Notes: a model not told the origin generated them from the sequence alone. Shown: positions 12,321-25,392, counted from the stretch's first letter. The stretch is 64,000 nt of DNA from Octopus sinensis (GCF_006345805.1 NW_021833416.1:1-64000), one strand, 5' to 3'. Numbers and translations: made by a program.

Positions 12321-12680
12321 AATGATGATGGCGATGAGGACGACAGCGGCGACGAGGACGACAGCGCTGACGATGACCATGGTGAAGATGATGATGAGGA
12401 TGATGATGACGATGAGGAGGAGGAGGAGAAGGAGGAGGAGGACGACGACGACGACAACGATAGTGATGATGGTGGTGGTGGTGGTGGTAGTGATAGCGAT
12501 GGGGATGTTCACGATGGTGACAACAGCGATGATGATGACGGTTTTGAAGATGATGAAAATGATGATGACAATGAGGAGGAGGAGGCGGAGGCGGAGGGGG
12601 AGGAGGACGACGATGACGACGTCGATAGTGATGATGGTGGTAGTGATAGCGATGGTGATGTTGGCAATGATGACAACAGC

Positions 12681-12740
<60 letters not shown>

Positions 12741-12855
12741 AACGATGATGATGAAGATGATGAGGAGGAGGAGGAGGAAGCCCACGACGACAACGATGAT
12801 AGTGATGGTGGTGGTATGGTGGTGATAGTGATAGTGATGTTGACGATGATGACAT
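12321..12855. repeat. Mixed trinucleotide (GAT/GAG/GAC/GGT) block with about three higher-order units
   Basis: GAGGAGGACGAC...GATAGTGATGATGGTGGT...GATAGCGATGG recurs roughly every 180 bp. Confidence 0.85.
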
Positions 12856-12968
12856 CGGGGAATTTGGATGTCAACATTCGTTTAAGAAGATATTATATAC
12901 TTGTTTCAATTTATAGACATGGCCTGGACCAATCATTGGTCGAAACATATCTCAGTTTTATCTAAGTT

Positions 12969-13034
<66 letters not shown>

Positions 13035-13120
13035 TGTGTGTATGTATATTTCTACATATATATGTATGTGAGTATGTATGTATGTATCTCTCTCTTTCTC
13101 TCTCTGTATATATTTATATA

Positions 13121-14388
13121 TACGAGGAGCGTTCAATAAGTAATGCCTCTGACCCACTTGGCGTTGATTGATCTAGCTGAGATTTTGCATGTGTAATTAT
13201 TTATATCTTTATAGATTAAGTGGCAAATTACAGCTCCGAACTAATAGTGGTTTCTGATTTACGTGTGTTTGAAATGAGTCAAGTGGGAAATGGAGCCTTT
13301 TGAGTGTCGAGAAGTGATCCTTTTTTTGTATTTGAAATAACGCACACCACAGGAGACTTCTGATGAAATGAAAATAGCTTATGGTGATGATGCCCCATCA
13401 TATGACCTTGTAAAACGCTGGCATCGTGAATTCAAACATGGTCGGAACTCTGTGTGAAACAGCTCCCACATCTGGTCGTACCCCCTTCTGCCATGATGAG
13501 GGCATCTGTCCGTCAAGTTGAGGCTGCCATTTTGGAAGATGGACGCATAACTATTCGCCAAATAGCCCATGAGGTCAAGATTAGTACCGGGTCTGTGGAA
13601 CTATCATTCATGACCATTTGCATATGCAAAAGGTGTCTGCCAGAGGGATTCCCAGGTTGCTCACACTTTTCCTGAAGCAAGAACGCGTCGAGTGCTCAAG
13701 GATGAATTTAGGATTGTCCAAGAAGATGAGTCAAAATTTTTCAAAAGACTGATTACACAGGATGAGACCTGGGTCCTTCACCATGATCCATGAGACCAAA
13801 ACCCAGTCAATGCAGTAGAAGCACCATGACTCACCTCCTCCAAAGAAGGCAAGGGTGAAGCCCTCCCTGGCAAGTCATGCTCACAGTCTTCTGGGACCCA
13901 GGAGTGAGTATGATGACAGATTTCCTGGCAAAGGGTACACAATTACAGGAGCCTATCATGCTTCACTTTTTGAGGAAATTAAGAGAAGCTATCAAAACCA
14001 AGAGGCGGGGGCAAGATCACCAAAGGCATCCTCCTCCTGCGACAACGCTCCGGTCCTCAACTCGCGTGTCGCCAGATCAGAAGCACAGCGCTGCTCTGAA
14101 CACTTCCCCCATCCCCCTACTCTCCTGACCTTGCACCCTCTGCACCTACCCTCCATGAAGTGTTTTTGAAAGGAAAGCGTTTTCCAGATGATGCAGCCTG
14201 ATTCTGAAGTCACGTCGTGTTGGAGGACCAGTGCCTTCTATGAAACGTTCTCCAGAGCTGTATTCAAACGACTGGGAGAAATGCTAACTCTGGGTTTGTT
14301 CCCATGCTGAAAACGACTATCTTGTGCCATTTCGTTGCTCTACTACTATGGAATGGGTCAGGGCCATTACTTATTGACCCCCTCGTTA
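13121..14388 (+). mobile_element. Full-length decayed mariner transposon (D,D34D transposase pseudogene, probably irritans-like)
   Basis: TIRs TACGAGGAGCGTTCAATAAGTAATG / CATTACTTATTGACCCCTCG; about 1.27 kb; fragments translate to AYGDDAPSYDLVKRWHREFKHG, IPRLLT, ITQDETWV, DNAP and YSPDLAP, with stops and frameshifts. Confidence 0.93.
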
Positions 14389-14389
14389 T

Positions 14390-14570
14390 AGCCGTTTTTC
14401 GTCTGCCGTTTACCTCTGAGTTCAAATTCCGCCGAGTCGACTTTGCCATTCATCCTCTTGGAGTCGATAATAAAGTACCAGTCGCTCTGGGGTCGATGTA
14501 TCGACTTAATCCCTTTGTCTTTCCTTGTTTGTCCCCTCTATGTTTAACCCCTTGTGGGTACAAGAAATAT
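14390..14570 (+). mobile_element. SINE family B, 5'-truncated
   Basis: GAGTTCAAATTCCGCCGAGTCGACTTTGCC...TTGTGGGTACAAGAAATA. Confidence 0.85.
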
Positions 14571-14623
14571 TATTATATAGTTAATTAGTTAATTTATGTT
14601 TTTGGTATTATCTACAGCAGAGT

Positions 14624-15053
14624 GGCGCAGGAGTGGCTGTGTGGTAAGTAGCTTGTTTACCAACCACATGGTTCCGGGTTCAGTCCCACTGCGTGGCATT
14701 TTGGGCAAGTGTCTTCTACTATAGCCTCGGGCGACCAATGCCTTGTGAGTGGATTTGGTAGACGGAAACTGAAAGAAGCCCGTCGTATATATGTAATATA
14801 TATTATGTGTGTGTGTGTGTGTGTGGTGTTTGTGTGTCTGTGTTGTCCCCCTAGCATTGCTTGACAACCGATGCTGGTTGTGTTTATGTCCCCGTTACTT
14901 AGCGGTTCGGCAAAAGAGACCGATAGAATAAGTTCTGGGCTTACTAAAGAATAAGTCCTGGGGGTCGAGATGCTCGATTAAAGGCGGTGCTCCAGCATGG
15001 CCGCAGTCAAATGACTGAAACAAGTAAAAGAGTAAAAGAGTAAAGAGTAAGAG
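14624..15053 (+). mobile_element. SINE family A, full length
   Basis: Complete head, body and (AGTAAAAG)n tail. Confidence 0.92.
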
Positions 15054-15954
15054 CAGAACTAAGAAATCTGTTTCATGTAATGTTTAATTTCTACTCCCAT
15101 TGCCATTTAGTAGTTGGTGTTATAACTCCATGATTTCACCCCGTGTACTTACTTAGCAGATCCAGTAGAAATTGAACCACCCTGGAAAAAATAGCAATTC
15201 CATCTGTTGCATTTTATTGGCAAATTTTATTTTTTGAGGGGGAAAACACATGCGTTGAACTAATGAAATTTTTCAGCTTTCTATGGTTTTCTCTTTCAAA
15301 TCCGTTCTTGAGAATAGCTTCTTCTTTCACGTTTATTTTCATTTATATAATAAACCTTATTCAGCGTTTTACACGTTTATTTTATGAGTCACTGGGATGC
15401 GTCCATGCAGGAGCGATGTATTTTTAAAACCTTTTTTTGCTATTAAGCATTCTGGTTCGGACTTAATTTAGCGTGTATGAGGCACGCTATGGCTTTTCTT
15501 TCATTCATTCGGGTTTTTTTTTACCCTTGTTTTCTTAAATGTTTTTTGGTTTCGTTTTTCGTTTTACTTTTCTGATGGTGCTTTTATATTTTTATGTGGG
15601 GTGTTGGGGGTTGTTATTAAAGCAATACAAAAGTAAGCAGAAACCTCGACTGTGAAGTAATTAGCTCTAGCATTACACTTTGCATGATATTCGTAAACCT
15701 TATCGTGTGTGCTTCGATTCCTTCTCTGTATCTCCCTTATTCAAACATGTATACATACATACATATGTATATATATATATACATATATATACATATATAT
15801 AGAGAGATACATGTATATACATATATTGATACATATATATATGTATATAAATACATGTTTATATATATACTCTGTATATATAATATATATATATTATATA
15901 ATATATATTTAATAATACGTATATGTATGTATGAATATATATGCATATATGTTT

Positions 15955-15994
<40 letters not shown>

Positions 15995-16146
15995 GCATAT
16001 ATAAATATATATATATATATGTGGGTGTGGTGTGTGTGTGTATGTATATATGCACACATACAAATATATATGTATATTTATGTATATATTTATATATAAT
16101 TTATATATTTATACACAATATATATATGTATATACACACACGCCAC

Positions 16147-16185
<39 letters not shown>

Positions 16186-16528
16186 TCTATAATATATACA
16201 TATATACATATATATATATACACATATATATACACATATACACATGCATAGATATATATGGATATGCGTATACGTGGTGCCGCATACAATTCGGTTGGTG
16301 TTGTCATTGCGGTTCTTAGGGTTGTTGTTGTTGTTTTTCTACAATGATATCAAAACCTGATTTATAGCAAGGTGGGGACGTGGGGGCTGGGAACGGAATG
16401 CGATGAAGTTCAGCCTTGTTCATGTCATGAATAACATAACACGCAACCGGAGAATCTAAATCGAATCCCAAACTCAGACCAGCAAGAATTTATTAACACA
16501 CAAATACGATACAGGCTAATTTGGATAC

Positions 16529-16762
16529 ATGCTAATTAGGATAGTCTTACTTCTCGCTGTTGCTGCTCCCGCCGCTACCCTGCAGTTGTTTTTTCATGAC
16601 ATTCATGATGATGATGATGATGATGATGATGATGGTGCTGGTGGTGGTGCTAGTGGTGGTAGACGTGGTGGTAGTGGCCGTGTTGTTGTCGATGGTAGCG
16701 ACGATGCCGATGATGATGATGATGGTGGTGAAGGTGATGGTGATAATGATAATGTTGACGAA

Positions 16763-16794
<32 letters not shown>

Positions 16795-17227
16795 TGATGA
16801 TGATGGTGATGGCGTTGATGATGATGATAATGATGACGATGATGATGGTGGTAGACGTGGTGGTAGACGTGGTGGTGGTGACCGTGTTGTTGTTGGTGTA
16901 GGTAGCGATGATGGCGATGATGATGATGATGGTGGTGGTAGTGATGATGGTAATGATGATGGCGATGATGATGGTGGTGATGGTGATGTCGACGGTGGTG
17001 ATGATGATGATGATGATGATGGTGAAGGTGGTGGTGGTGGTAGTGGTGCTACTGGTGTTGTTTGTGGTGATGATGACGATAATGATGATGATGATGATGA
17101 TAATGATGATGATGATAGAGCGAATGCTATGTTGATGATGATGTTGATGCTGTTGATAAAGATGATGATGGTGAATAGGACAAGGAAAAGGAAGAGAAGA
17201 GGAGGAAAACAAGGAGGAGGAAGATGA
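16529..17227 (+). CDS. Candidate 232-aa Asp/Gly-rich ORF with signal-peptide-like N-terminus; may be a chance ORF in a (GAT/GGT)n block
   Basis: MLIRIVLLLAVAAPAA, then a D/G-rich body, a Met/Leu hydrophobic stretch and NRTRKRKRR; weak Kozak context; this frame is stop-poor because of composition. Confidence 0.2.
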
Positions 17228-17989
17228 GGAGGAGGTGGAGAACAAGAGGATGCTGTTGATTTGATGATAATGATAACGGTGGTTATGTTCGTGACGTTTT
17301 CGGTAGTTGTGCTGTTGGTGTTAAATATGATGATGATGAGGATGACGATGATGATGATGATGGTGGTGGTCATGATGGGAAACAATAATCTAATAAATAT
17401 TCTAATGGCGTTTACAGTGATGAACCTGTTAATATCCTTACGAGAGTTTCAGAAAGTAGTAAAATAAAATAAAATAAAATAAAATAAAATAAAATATTTG
17501 AAAAAAAAAACAAAAAACACGTAAACAATAAAAATTGACTTCACATGTCAATGGAAGCAGGATATTGGAACACCCAGTAGAATTCTATTGTGCGATAGAA
17601 AATAATAAAAAAATGGCTGCAAAACAACAACAACAACAACAACAAAAACTAGGCAAAATACTGAAAGAAAACGGCGAGAAGCAAGCGAAAAATTATTGAA
17701 TCCTAAAAATGGATATTTTAAAGAAAAGGGATCACAATGTGAAGATGTGTAAAGTGACTGAATACCCCAGGTGTAGAATTAACTGGAAATAGAATGTCAT
17801 CCACACTATTACGGAAGAATTCTTTCTTTCTTTCTTTCTTTCCTTATTTATTTATTTATTTATTTATTTATTGCATGTTGAACAGTTTCCTATCTTGAAA
17901 ATTTGGAAATGCCAATGTCAAGTTGTGCAAAGAGGAGGAAAAAAATACCCGATGAAACGCATGAGGTGAACTGAAAACAACATTAGTGA

Positions 17990-18084
17990 AATTAATAATA
18001 ATAATAATAATAATAATGATGATGATGATGATGATGATATTAATAGTATTAATAATAATAATAATAATAATAATAATGATAATA

Positions 18085-18127
<43 letters not shown>

Positions 18128-18147
18128 TAATAATAATAATAATGATG

Positions 18148-18194
<47 letters not shown>

Positions 18195-18195
18195 G

Positions 18196-18241
<46 letters not shown>

Positions 18242-18272
18242 TAATAATAATAATAACGATAATAATAATAAC

Positions 18273-18324
<52 letters not shown>

Positions 18325-18356
18325 GTAATAATGATAATAATAATAATAATAAAACG

Positions 18357-18398
<42 letters not shown>

Positions 18399-18450
18399 TA
18401 ATAATAATAATGATATAATAATAATAATAATAATAACGATAATAATAATG

Positions 18451-18502
<52 letters not shown>

Positions 18503-18525
18503 GAAAATATAATAATAATAAGAAG
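17990..18525. repeat. Long (TAA)n array
   Basis: Directly visible, with occasional TGA/CGA interruptions. Confidence 0.95.
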
Positions 18526-18527
18526 AA

Positions 18528-18918
18528 GAAGAAAATATAAAGACCTACTCATTGAAATTGAGAAAATGTGGCATTTCAAGGCGGTTACAGTACCAGTGAT
18601 CGTAGGAGCACTAGGAATGATCAAGAAGGGAACCGAAAATTATATGAGAATGATCCCTGGCTTACCATCCCTGCAAGAAGTGCAAAAGATTGTCTTAACT
18701 GTACATCACACGTATTGAGAAGAGCATTGTCGATGTGAGAACTGTTGCTGCTCATGTATTTTAATTTAACATTAGAAAAAAAAAAAAAAAAAAAAAATGA
18801 ACGAACTACTGAGTTTGGTTTAATGGCCTACCAATATACACTATGAGTTTCTTTGCCCTAGGAGTCGGGAAGACACTCGGCAAGAAATGGAAGGAAATTT
18901 GAAAGAAGAAAAAAAAAA

Positions 18919-18920
<2 letters not shown>
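18528..18920 (+). mobile_element. R4/Dong-clade non-LTR retrotransposon 3' fragment (family 1)
   Basis: Translates KYKDLLIEIEKMWHFKAVTVPVIVGALGMIKK...LQEVQKIVL...HVLRRALSM* (RLE endonuclease C-terminus); 3' UTR followed by (TAA)n, the known Dong target. Confidence 0.88.
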
Positions 18921-19010
<90 letters not shown>

Positions 19011-19014
<4 letters not shown>

Positions 19015-19564
19015 GCCCTGATGCAGTACCAGGCAGTGCTCTCATGGCTTTGATCTTAACTGATTGGAAGTGTTATCATGTACATTGTTTTGTCTTGGTA
19101 TAAAAGATGGGCTACAGCAATATTCTGCTCAATACCACAGATTTGCTTGTCAGTTGTTTGACCGTAACCAGTTGAGCATGTCCCTTAGTGGCTGACGATA
19201 TATGCATCTCTGATCACGAGCAGAAGTAGTGGGGGAGCATCATAGCCATGTGTTGAGAGGGATTCTTTGGGGTTTGAATAATTCACCTCTGGAAACATGG
19301 GTGGTTCTTTCAACATCCTTAAACAACCCTTATTCAGGGACCTTTTGAGCAGGATGGGCTACTCAACCTGAAGAAAATTCTAACTGGGCCCCACCTGGAA
19401 GGTCATGTGCTGTTTTTTTTTATATGAGATCACCATGTTGCGCACATATGATTGTGATGCATGTGCCTGGTGTACCCTTATCAGACGGGTAGTCATCTGG
19501 GTATATTGGGCTTCGTATATTTTACCCCAGTGTCACTTTGATGGCATGAACTGCTCTCTCACTC

Positions 19565-19565
<1 letters not shown>
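19011..19565 (+). mobile_element. ~555-bp non-coding retroelement in (TAA)n, copy 1
   Basis: Starts AAATGCCCTGATGCAGTACC and ends CTCTCTCACTC(AAT)n; further copies at 19592 and 47725. Confidence 0.8.
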
Positions 19566-19591
<26 letters not shown>

Positions 19592-19595
<4 letters not shown>

Positions 19596-20092
19596 GCCCT
19601 GATGCAGTACCAGGCAGTGGCTCTCATGGCTTCTGATCTTAACTGATTGGAAGTGTTATTGAGCAAATATTCTGCTCAATAACACAGATTTGCTTGTCAG
19701 TTGTTTGACCTTAACCAGTTGACCATGTCCCTTAGTGGCTGACAATATGTGCATTTCTGATCATGAGCAGAAGTAGTGGGGGTGTATCATAGCCATGTGT
19801 TGAGAGGGACTTTTTGGGGTTTGAATAATTCACCTCTGGAAACATGGGTGGTTCGTTCAGCATCCTTAAACATCCCTTATTCAGATCTTTATTCAGGGAC
19901 CTGAAGAAAATTCGGGATGGCTACTCGACCAGAAGAAAAATCTAACTGCAAGGTCATGCGCTGATTATCTTGATATGGTTGTGATGCATGTGTCTGGTGT
20001 ACCCTTATCAGACGGGACGTTATGATGGGTATACTGGGCATCGTATATTTTACACCCATGTCACTTTCATGGCATGCACTGCTCTCTCACTC

Positions 20093-20093
<1 letters not shown>
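19592..20093 (+). mobile_element. Same non-coding element, copy 2 (internal deletions)
   Basis: Same start and end as copy 1, separated from it by (TAA)n. Confidence 0.8.
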
Positions 20094-20134
<41 letters not shown>

Positions 20135-20280
20135 CCTTTTTTTAATAAAGGAACAAACTTGAAATTTTGGGGCAAGGCGGCTAGTCAATTACAGTGACCC
20201 CAGTGCTCAACTAGTTCTTATTTCATAGACACCGAAAGAATGAAGGGCAATGTCCACCTTCGCAGAATTTGAACTAGGGA
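20135..20280 (-). mobile_element. SINE family B, diverged partial copy (another at about 20805-21015)
   Basis: GACCCCAGTG..CCGAAAGAATGAAGGGCAA..GAATTTGAAC. Confidence 0.7.
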
Positions 20281-21150
20281 AAATAAGTGTATAGTTGTAT
20301 TTCAAAGAGCCAGTTTTGTCACATTCTGTGTCATGCTAAATCTCCCTGAGAACTAATTTAAGGGCACTGGTACCTGTGGCGTGCGAGATACACACACACA
20401 CATACATGCATGAAAGTATGTATGTATGTACGTATGTATGTATGTACGTACATATGTATGCATGTATGTATGTATATATATGTATCTATGAGTGTGAGTT
20501 TGTTTTGATTTCTGTCTTCTTGGCTTAGCATTGGGTGATTTTTGCAAATATATGCCATTCGTTTCTAATTGTCTGCGAAAACTTGTCTGGTCATACAATG
20601 TTATTACCTCCCATGGAAACTTGTAAGGGTTGTTGGCAGCATGAACATCAGCCGTAGAAAATATGCCACAATAAACATCGTCCGACACATAAACATATAA
20701 ATGTGGTTGTTAAAACGATGACAATGTCTTCACTATTGATGAGGTGGAAGAAGAGGAGGTGGAGGAGAAAGAGGAAGAAAATAAAGAAATACTCTGCATT
20801 AATATTGGCTTTAAATTTTGACACAAGGCTAGCGAATCCAGGGGAGTGATTATATCGACCCCAGCGCTCATTTAGTACTTACTTTTATCGACTGCGTGAT
20901 ACATTGGAAGGCAAAGTCGGCGTCGACGGAATTTGAACTCAGAACGTAAAAACGGACGACATGACGCTACGCAATTTATCCGGCGTGTTAACGGTTCTAC
21001 CACCTAGCTGCTTTCAATGCTGCATATTTATATTACCATTATTTTCGTGACACTCCCTTTGATATATAGCCTCGGTTACAAGTAGGTCAAACACACATGC
21101 ATACATACATACATACATACATACATACATACATACATACATACATACAT

Positions 21151-21713
21151 GGGGGGTTGTCCGGAAAGTTCGTGCCGATTTATAGTAGCTTACATTTCGA
21201 CTTATTTTAGAACATGGTTGAGTCCGTAAAATAGGATTTGACTACACCTTCATTTAGAGCACAGTTTAAGCTATCTTTTCGTAGAAGGTTTATGTTCCTA
21301 TAACCTGTGTTAATTCTGTAACCCTTTAAAATGGAAGATAAGAAAGTTCATTTTCGGCAGTTGATGCTTTGGGAACCAGACAAAAATTGCTGCAGCTCGG
21401 TTAGGATATGCTACCCCACTCTCCATATTCAGCAGATATCGATCCTTCGGATTTCCACTTATTCAGGTTTCTGCAGAATAGTCTTAATGGTAAAGATTCC
21501 AGTTCATTGGATAATATAAAAAGATACCTTGATGAATTATTTGACATGAAACCACCTCAATTCTGAGAAGAGGGTATTTTCAAGTTAAAGGAAAGATAGA
21601 GACGCATTGTGCAACAAAATGGTTCATATTTGGTTGATTAAAAATGTAATGGCAAGTATTTATTGACCTTTTTCTTTCCTTTAAAAATCGACATGAACTT
21701 TCGGACAACCCAA
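21151..21713 (+). mobile_element. Internally deleted mariner in (TACA)n
   Basis: TIRs GGGTTGTCCGGAAAGTTCGTGCCGATTT / AAATCGACATGAACTTTCGGACAACCC; N-terminal MEDKKVHFRQLML fused to C-terminal HSPYSADIDPSDFHLFRFLQNSL. Confidence 0.9.
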
Positions 21714-22381
21714 TACATACATACATACATACATACATACATACATACATACATACATTCATACATCCATCCATCCATATATATTTGATATATCTATAAC
21801 GGACTAAATGCTAGACAGAAATATTACCAAATCGGACCAGTTAAACGATGTAGAAAGAAACCAATTATAATTCCATATAAGAACTTTATAAAACCAACAA
21901 TAGAAATAAATCATGAGAGTCAAGAAAATGTTAGCAATCTAGACAAGTGCTCAGTAGCTCTGCACTTTTTCTCCTGTCATTGAAATTGCAATCTTTTTCT
22001 ATGACTTACACACTTAAATTATTTATTTTGCCCTAGACTTAATACATCACTCTTTTGGAAACGTTGTATTATAACCCACACGACTGACTGACTGACTTAA
22101 CTGACACACGACCTTCAGCATTAAAGTTGAACAGTTGAAGAAACCTTTGAATGAAGATGTTTCTCTCTGTTTGTGTATGTACTTGCGTATGACGGGGATG
22201 TAATGTTGAAGAGACAGGAATAACATGAAGAATGAAAGACGAAATGAAGAAGCAGAAAAGCTAAAAGATAAAATGGAAAAGAACCAAACACACGCACATG
22301 TACGTGTGTGTGTGTCTGTGTTTGTGTGTGTGTATGTGTGTGTCTTAGATTTGACTGTCAGGTGAAAGAGTCCTCCATACC

Positions 22382-22791
22382 TATTTCTTTATTACCCACA
22401 AGGGGCTAAACACAGAGGGGACAAACAAGGACAGACAAACGGATTAAGCTGATTATATCGTCCCAGTGCGAAACTGGTACTTAATTTATCGACCCCGAAA
22501 GGATGAAAGGCAAAGTCGACCTCGGCGGAATTTGAACTCACAACGTAACGCAGACGAATACCTATTTCTTTATTACCCACAAGGGGCTAAACATAGAAGG
22601 GACAAACAAGGACAGACATAGATATTAAGTCGATTACATCGACCCTAGTGCGTAACTAGTACTTAATTTATCGACCCCGAAAGGATGAAAGGCAAAGTCG
22701 ACCTCGGCGGAATTTGAACTCACAACGTAACGCAGACGAAATACCGCTAAGCATTTCGCCCGGCGTGCTAACGTTTCTGCCAGATCGCCGC
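22382..22791 (-). mobile_element. SINE-B dimer (two tandem units plus head) with 13-bp TSD
   Basis: AGTCCTCCATACC at 22369-22381 and 22792-22804. Confidence 0.92.
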
Positions 22792-22849
22792 AGTCCTCCA
22801 TACCGTTGTAGAAAGTATTAATATTTTGGTATTTTTATTTTGTCAGTCC

Positions 22850-23825
22850 GTGGCTACTCAGAGTCGACTTTGCCTAATATTGTTTCGTGATCGATAAATT
22901 AAGTACCAGTTGCGTACTTTGGATGATCTAATCGACGGACCCTCTCCCCCCACCACACACACATTTCAGGCCTTGTGTCTCAAGTAGAAAATAATATTTG
23001 AGACTTTTGTAGTTATATTATTGCAATAAGTTGGCTTAATCTTTGGCTTGGCAGTATTTCTTCCCGCTCATTACGTTCTACGATCAAATAACATCGAGGA
23101 CCACTTGGCACAATTTGAACTCAGAACGTAGCGACGGGCGAAATACCTATTTCTTTACTACCCACAAGGAGCTACATACAGAGGGGACAAACAAGGACAG
23201 ACAAACGGATTAAGTCGATTTACATCGACTCCAATGCTTAACTGGTACTTATTTTATCGACCCCTAAATGATGAAAGGCAAAGTCGACCTCGGCGGAATT
23301 TGATCTCAGAGCGTAACGGCAGACGAAATACGGATACGCATTTCACCCGGCGTGCTAACGTTTCCTTTGACAAACGATAAAAATATATTTACTGTCAAGT
23401 AATGAGGTCCAAGTACTCGATTTACACCCCCACCTCCTGCCTCAGAATTGCTGACCTAGTTCCAAATTTAGAAAGAAATATCATTTATTGCAATATACGT
23501 TAACGTTCTTTATGTTTATAACCGAAACCCTGCCGATGTGACGTAAGTTTGTTTCTCATTCTTTGAATATACGAATATATCAGAAAAGTACAAGGCGGTA
23601 AGCTGGCAGAAACGTTAGCGCGACGGGCGAAATGATTAGCAGTATTTCGTGTGCCGTTACGTTCTGAGTTCAAATTCCGCCGAGGTCGTCTTTGCCTTTC
23701 ATCCTTTCTGGGTCGATAAATTAAGTACCAGTTACGCACTGGGTTCGATGTAATCGACTTAATCCGTTTGTCTGTGCTTGTTTGTCCCCTCTATGTTTAG
23801 CCCCTTGTGGGCAATAAAGAAATAA
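22850..23825. mobile_element. Cluster of SINE-B copies: about 22850-22995 (+), 23110-23365 (-), 23591-23825 (+)
   Basis: Repeated GTCGACTTTGCC / TAAGTACCAGTT core. Confidence 0.85.
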
Positions 23826-24637
23826 TATATCTGACAAGTACAGACAATTGTGACTCTCTCGCATTTTCGAAGTCCTGTAATTTAGATAAGAAAACAAAGT
23901 ACTTTAGTTATAAAGCTACAGTTTTAAATCTGCCATACGTTACCTCTTTTCAGTATCTTCCATTGATAACAGCTGAAAAGCTAGCAAAACTGTGTCTGGG
24001 AATCCAAGAAGGGTCTACACTGGGCAGATATTTTGTTTCTACACTGTTTACCTTAAGAGAGATTCTTATTTATTTTTGCACCTAAACTGTTAAGAATTTG
24101 ACTTTACGATTTGAAATTTGTCACAAACATATTTTAATTAACATAAAGTTCGCTTCTGCCTAAACACCGCTTCCCGCTGATACTACTGAATAATATTATA
24201 GTTTCGGTGTGTTGATATATCGTATATATTTTTTTTTCGCTTTCACCAAATCAATAATTACAAAAGTCATTTGTTACATATTCAACATCAGCTCTATGTC
24301 ACCAACCATCTGTATACAATTTCACACAGATATAACGATAATGCTTCATTACGTCAATTATTATTTCGAGCCTATTTGTATCTTTATCATTATCATTGTT
24401 GATGCTGTCATTTTTCTTATTGTTACAGTTGTTGTTGTTCTTCTTCTTCTTGTTAGTAATATTACAATTCCTTTTATTGTCAAAAAACAAAAGAAAGCAA
24501 AACAAGAATAGTAGAATATATGATTTATTGTTGACTGTTTTTTGTTTATATTTTGTTATGATTTCTTTTATGTTTTTATTGGTGTTTTTTCTTCTCTTCT
24601 GAGACATTCATTGTTTATTTGCATCTGAAGATTCACA

Positions 24638-24639
<2 letters not shown>

Positions 24640-24711
<72 letters not shown>

Positions 24712-24841
24712 GTTTTTTCCTTCTTTCTTCAAATTTTCTTCCGTCTCTCGCCGAGTGTTTTCCATACACCTAGGGCAGAATTTATTATTACTATTACCAT
24801 CATTATTATTATTATTATCATTATTATTATTATTATTATTA

Positions 24842-24876
<35 letters not shown>

Positions 24877-24930
24877 CCTTATTATTATATTATTATTATA
24901 TTATCATTATTATTATTATTATTATTATTA
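24640..24930. repeat. (TTA)n array containing a short Dong family-1-like 3' UTR fragment (about 24710-24780, minus strand)
   Basis: TTCAAATTTTCTTCC..GCCGAGTGTTTTCC..CCTAGGGCA is the reverse of 18853-18905. Confidence 0.8.
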
Positions 24931-24934
24931 TTTT

Positions 24935-25392
24935 CTCTTTATCACAGGTTTTGTTGGAGCTCTTAGAGTCTTGCGTGAGTAGCGACCTTATTACCTGTAG
25001 CTTACACTACCATGCTATCCGTTCTTTTCAGCTATCTAATGCTTTCCCGATTATTCTGGTTATGCCAAGGAGGCAAACCTTCTGTAACAGTTCTACTGGG
25101 CACTCTATTCCTATTTCCTTTATATTCCTCTTGATGCCTTGCAATACTATTCCCAAGGAACCGACATTAATTGGCACTATCTTCACCGTCTTTATTTTCC
25201 ATAGCTGGGCTGTTTCTTACTTAAGAGTGCTGTATTTATCTATCTTTTCGCCTTCCTTCTTGACTATTCGCGACTCAAAGGGGCATCCAACGTCAACTAT
25301 ATAATAATGTGGTACACCTTGTCCAACACCACTAGGTCCAGTCTGCTGCTATACTCTAGCACCTGATATGCTTGGATTGGGAAATCCCAACC
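24935..25392 (-). mobile_element. R4/Dong-clade RLE fragment (family 2)
   Basis: Minus strand translates WDFPIQ..RLDLVVLDK..IVDVGCPFESRIVKKEGEKIDKY..VPINVGSLG..LLQKVCLLG (PD..D..K..KY RLE motif). Confidence 0.85.
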
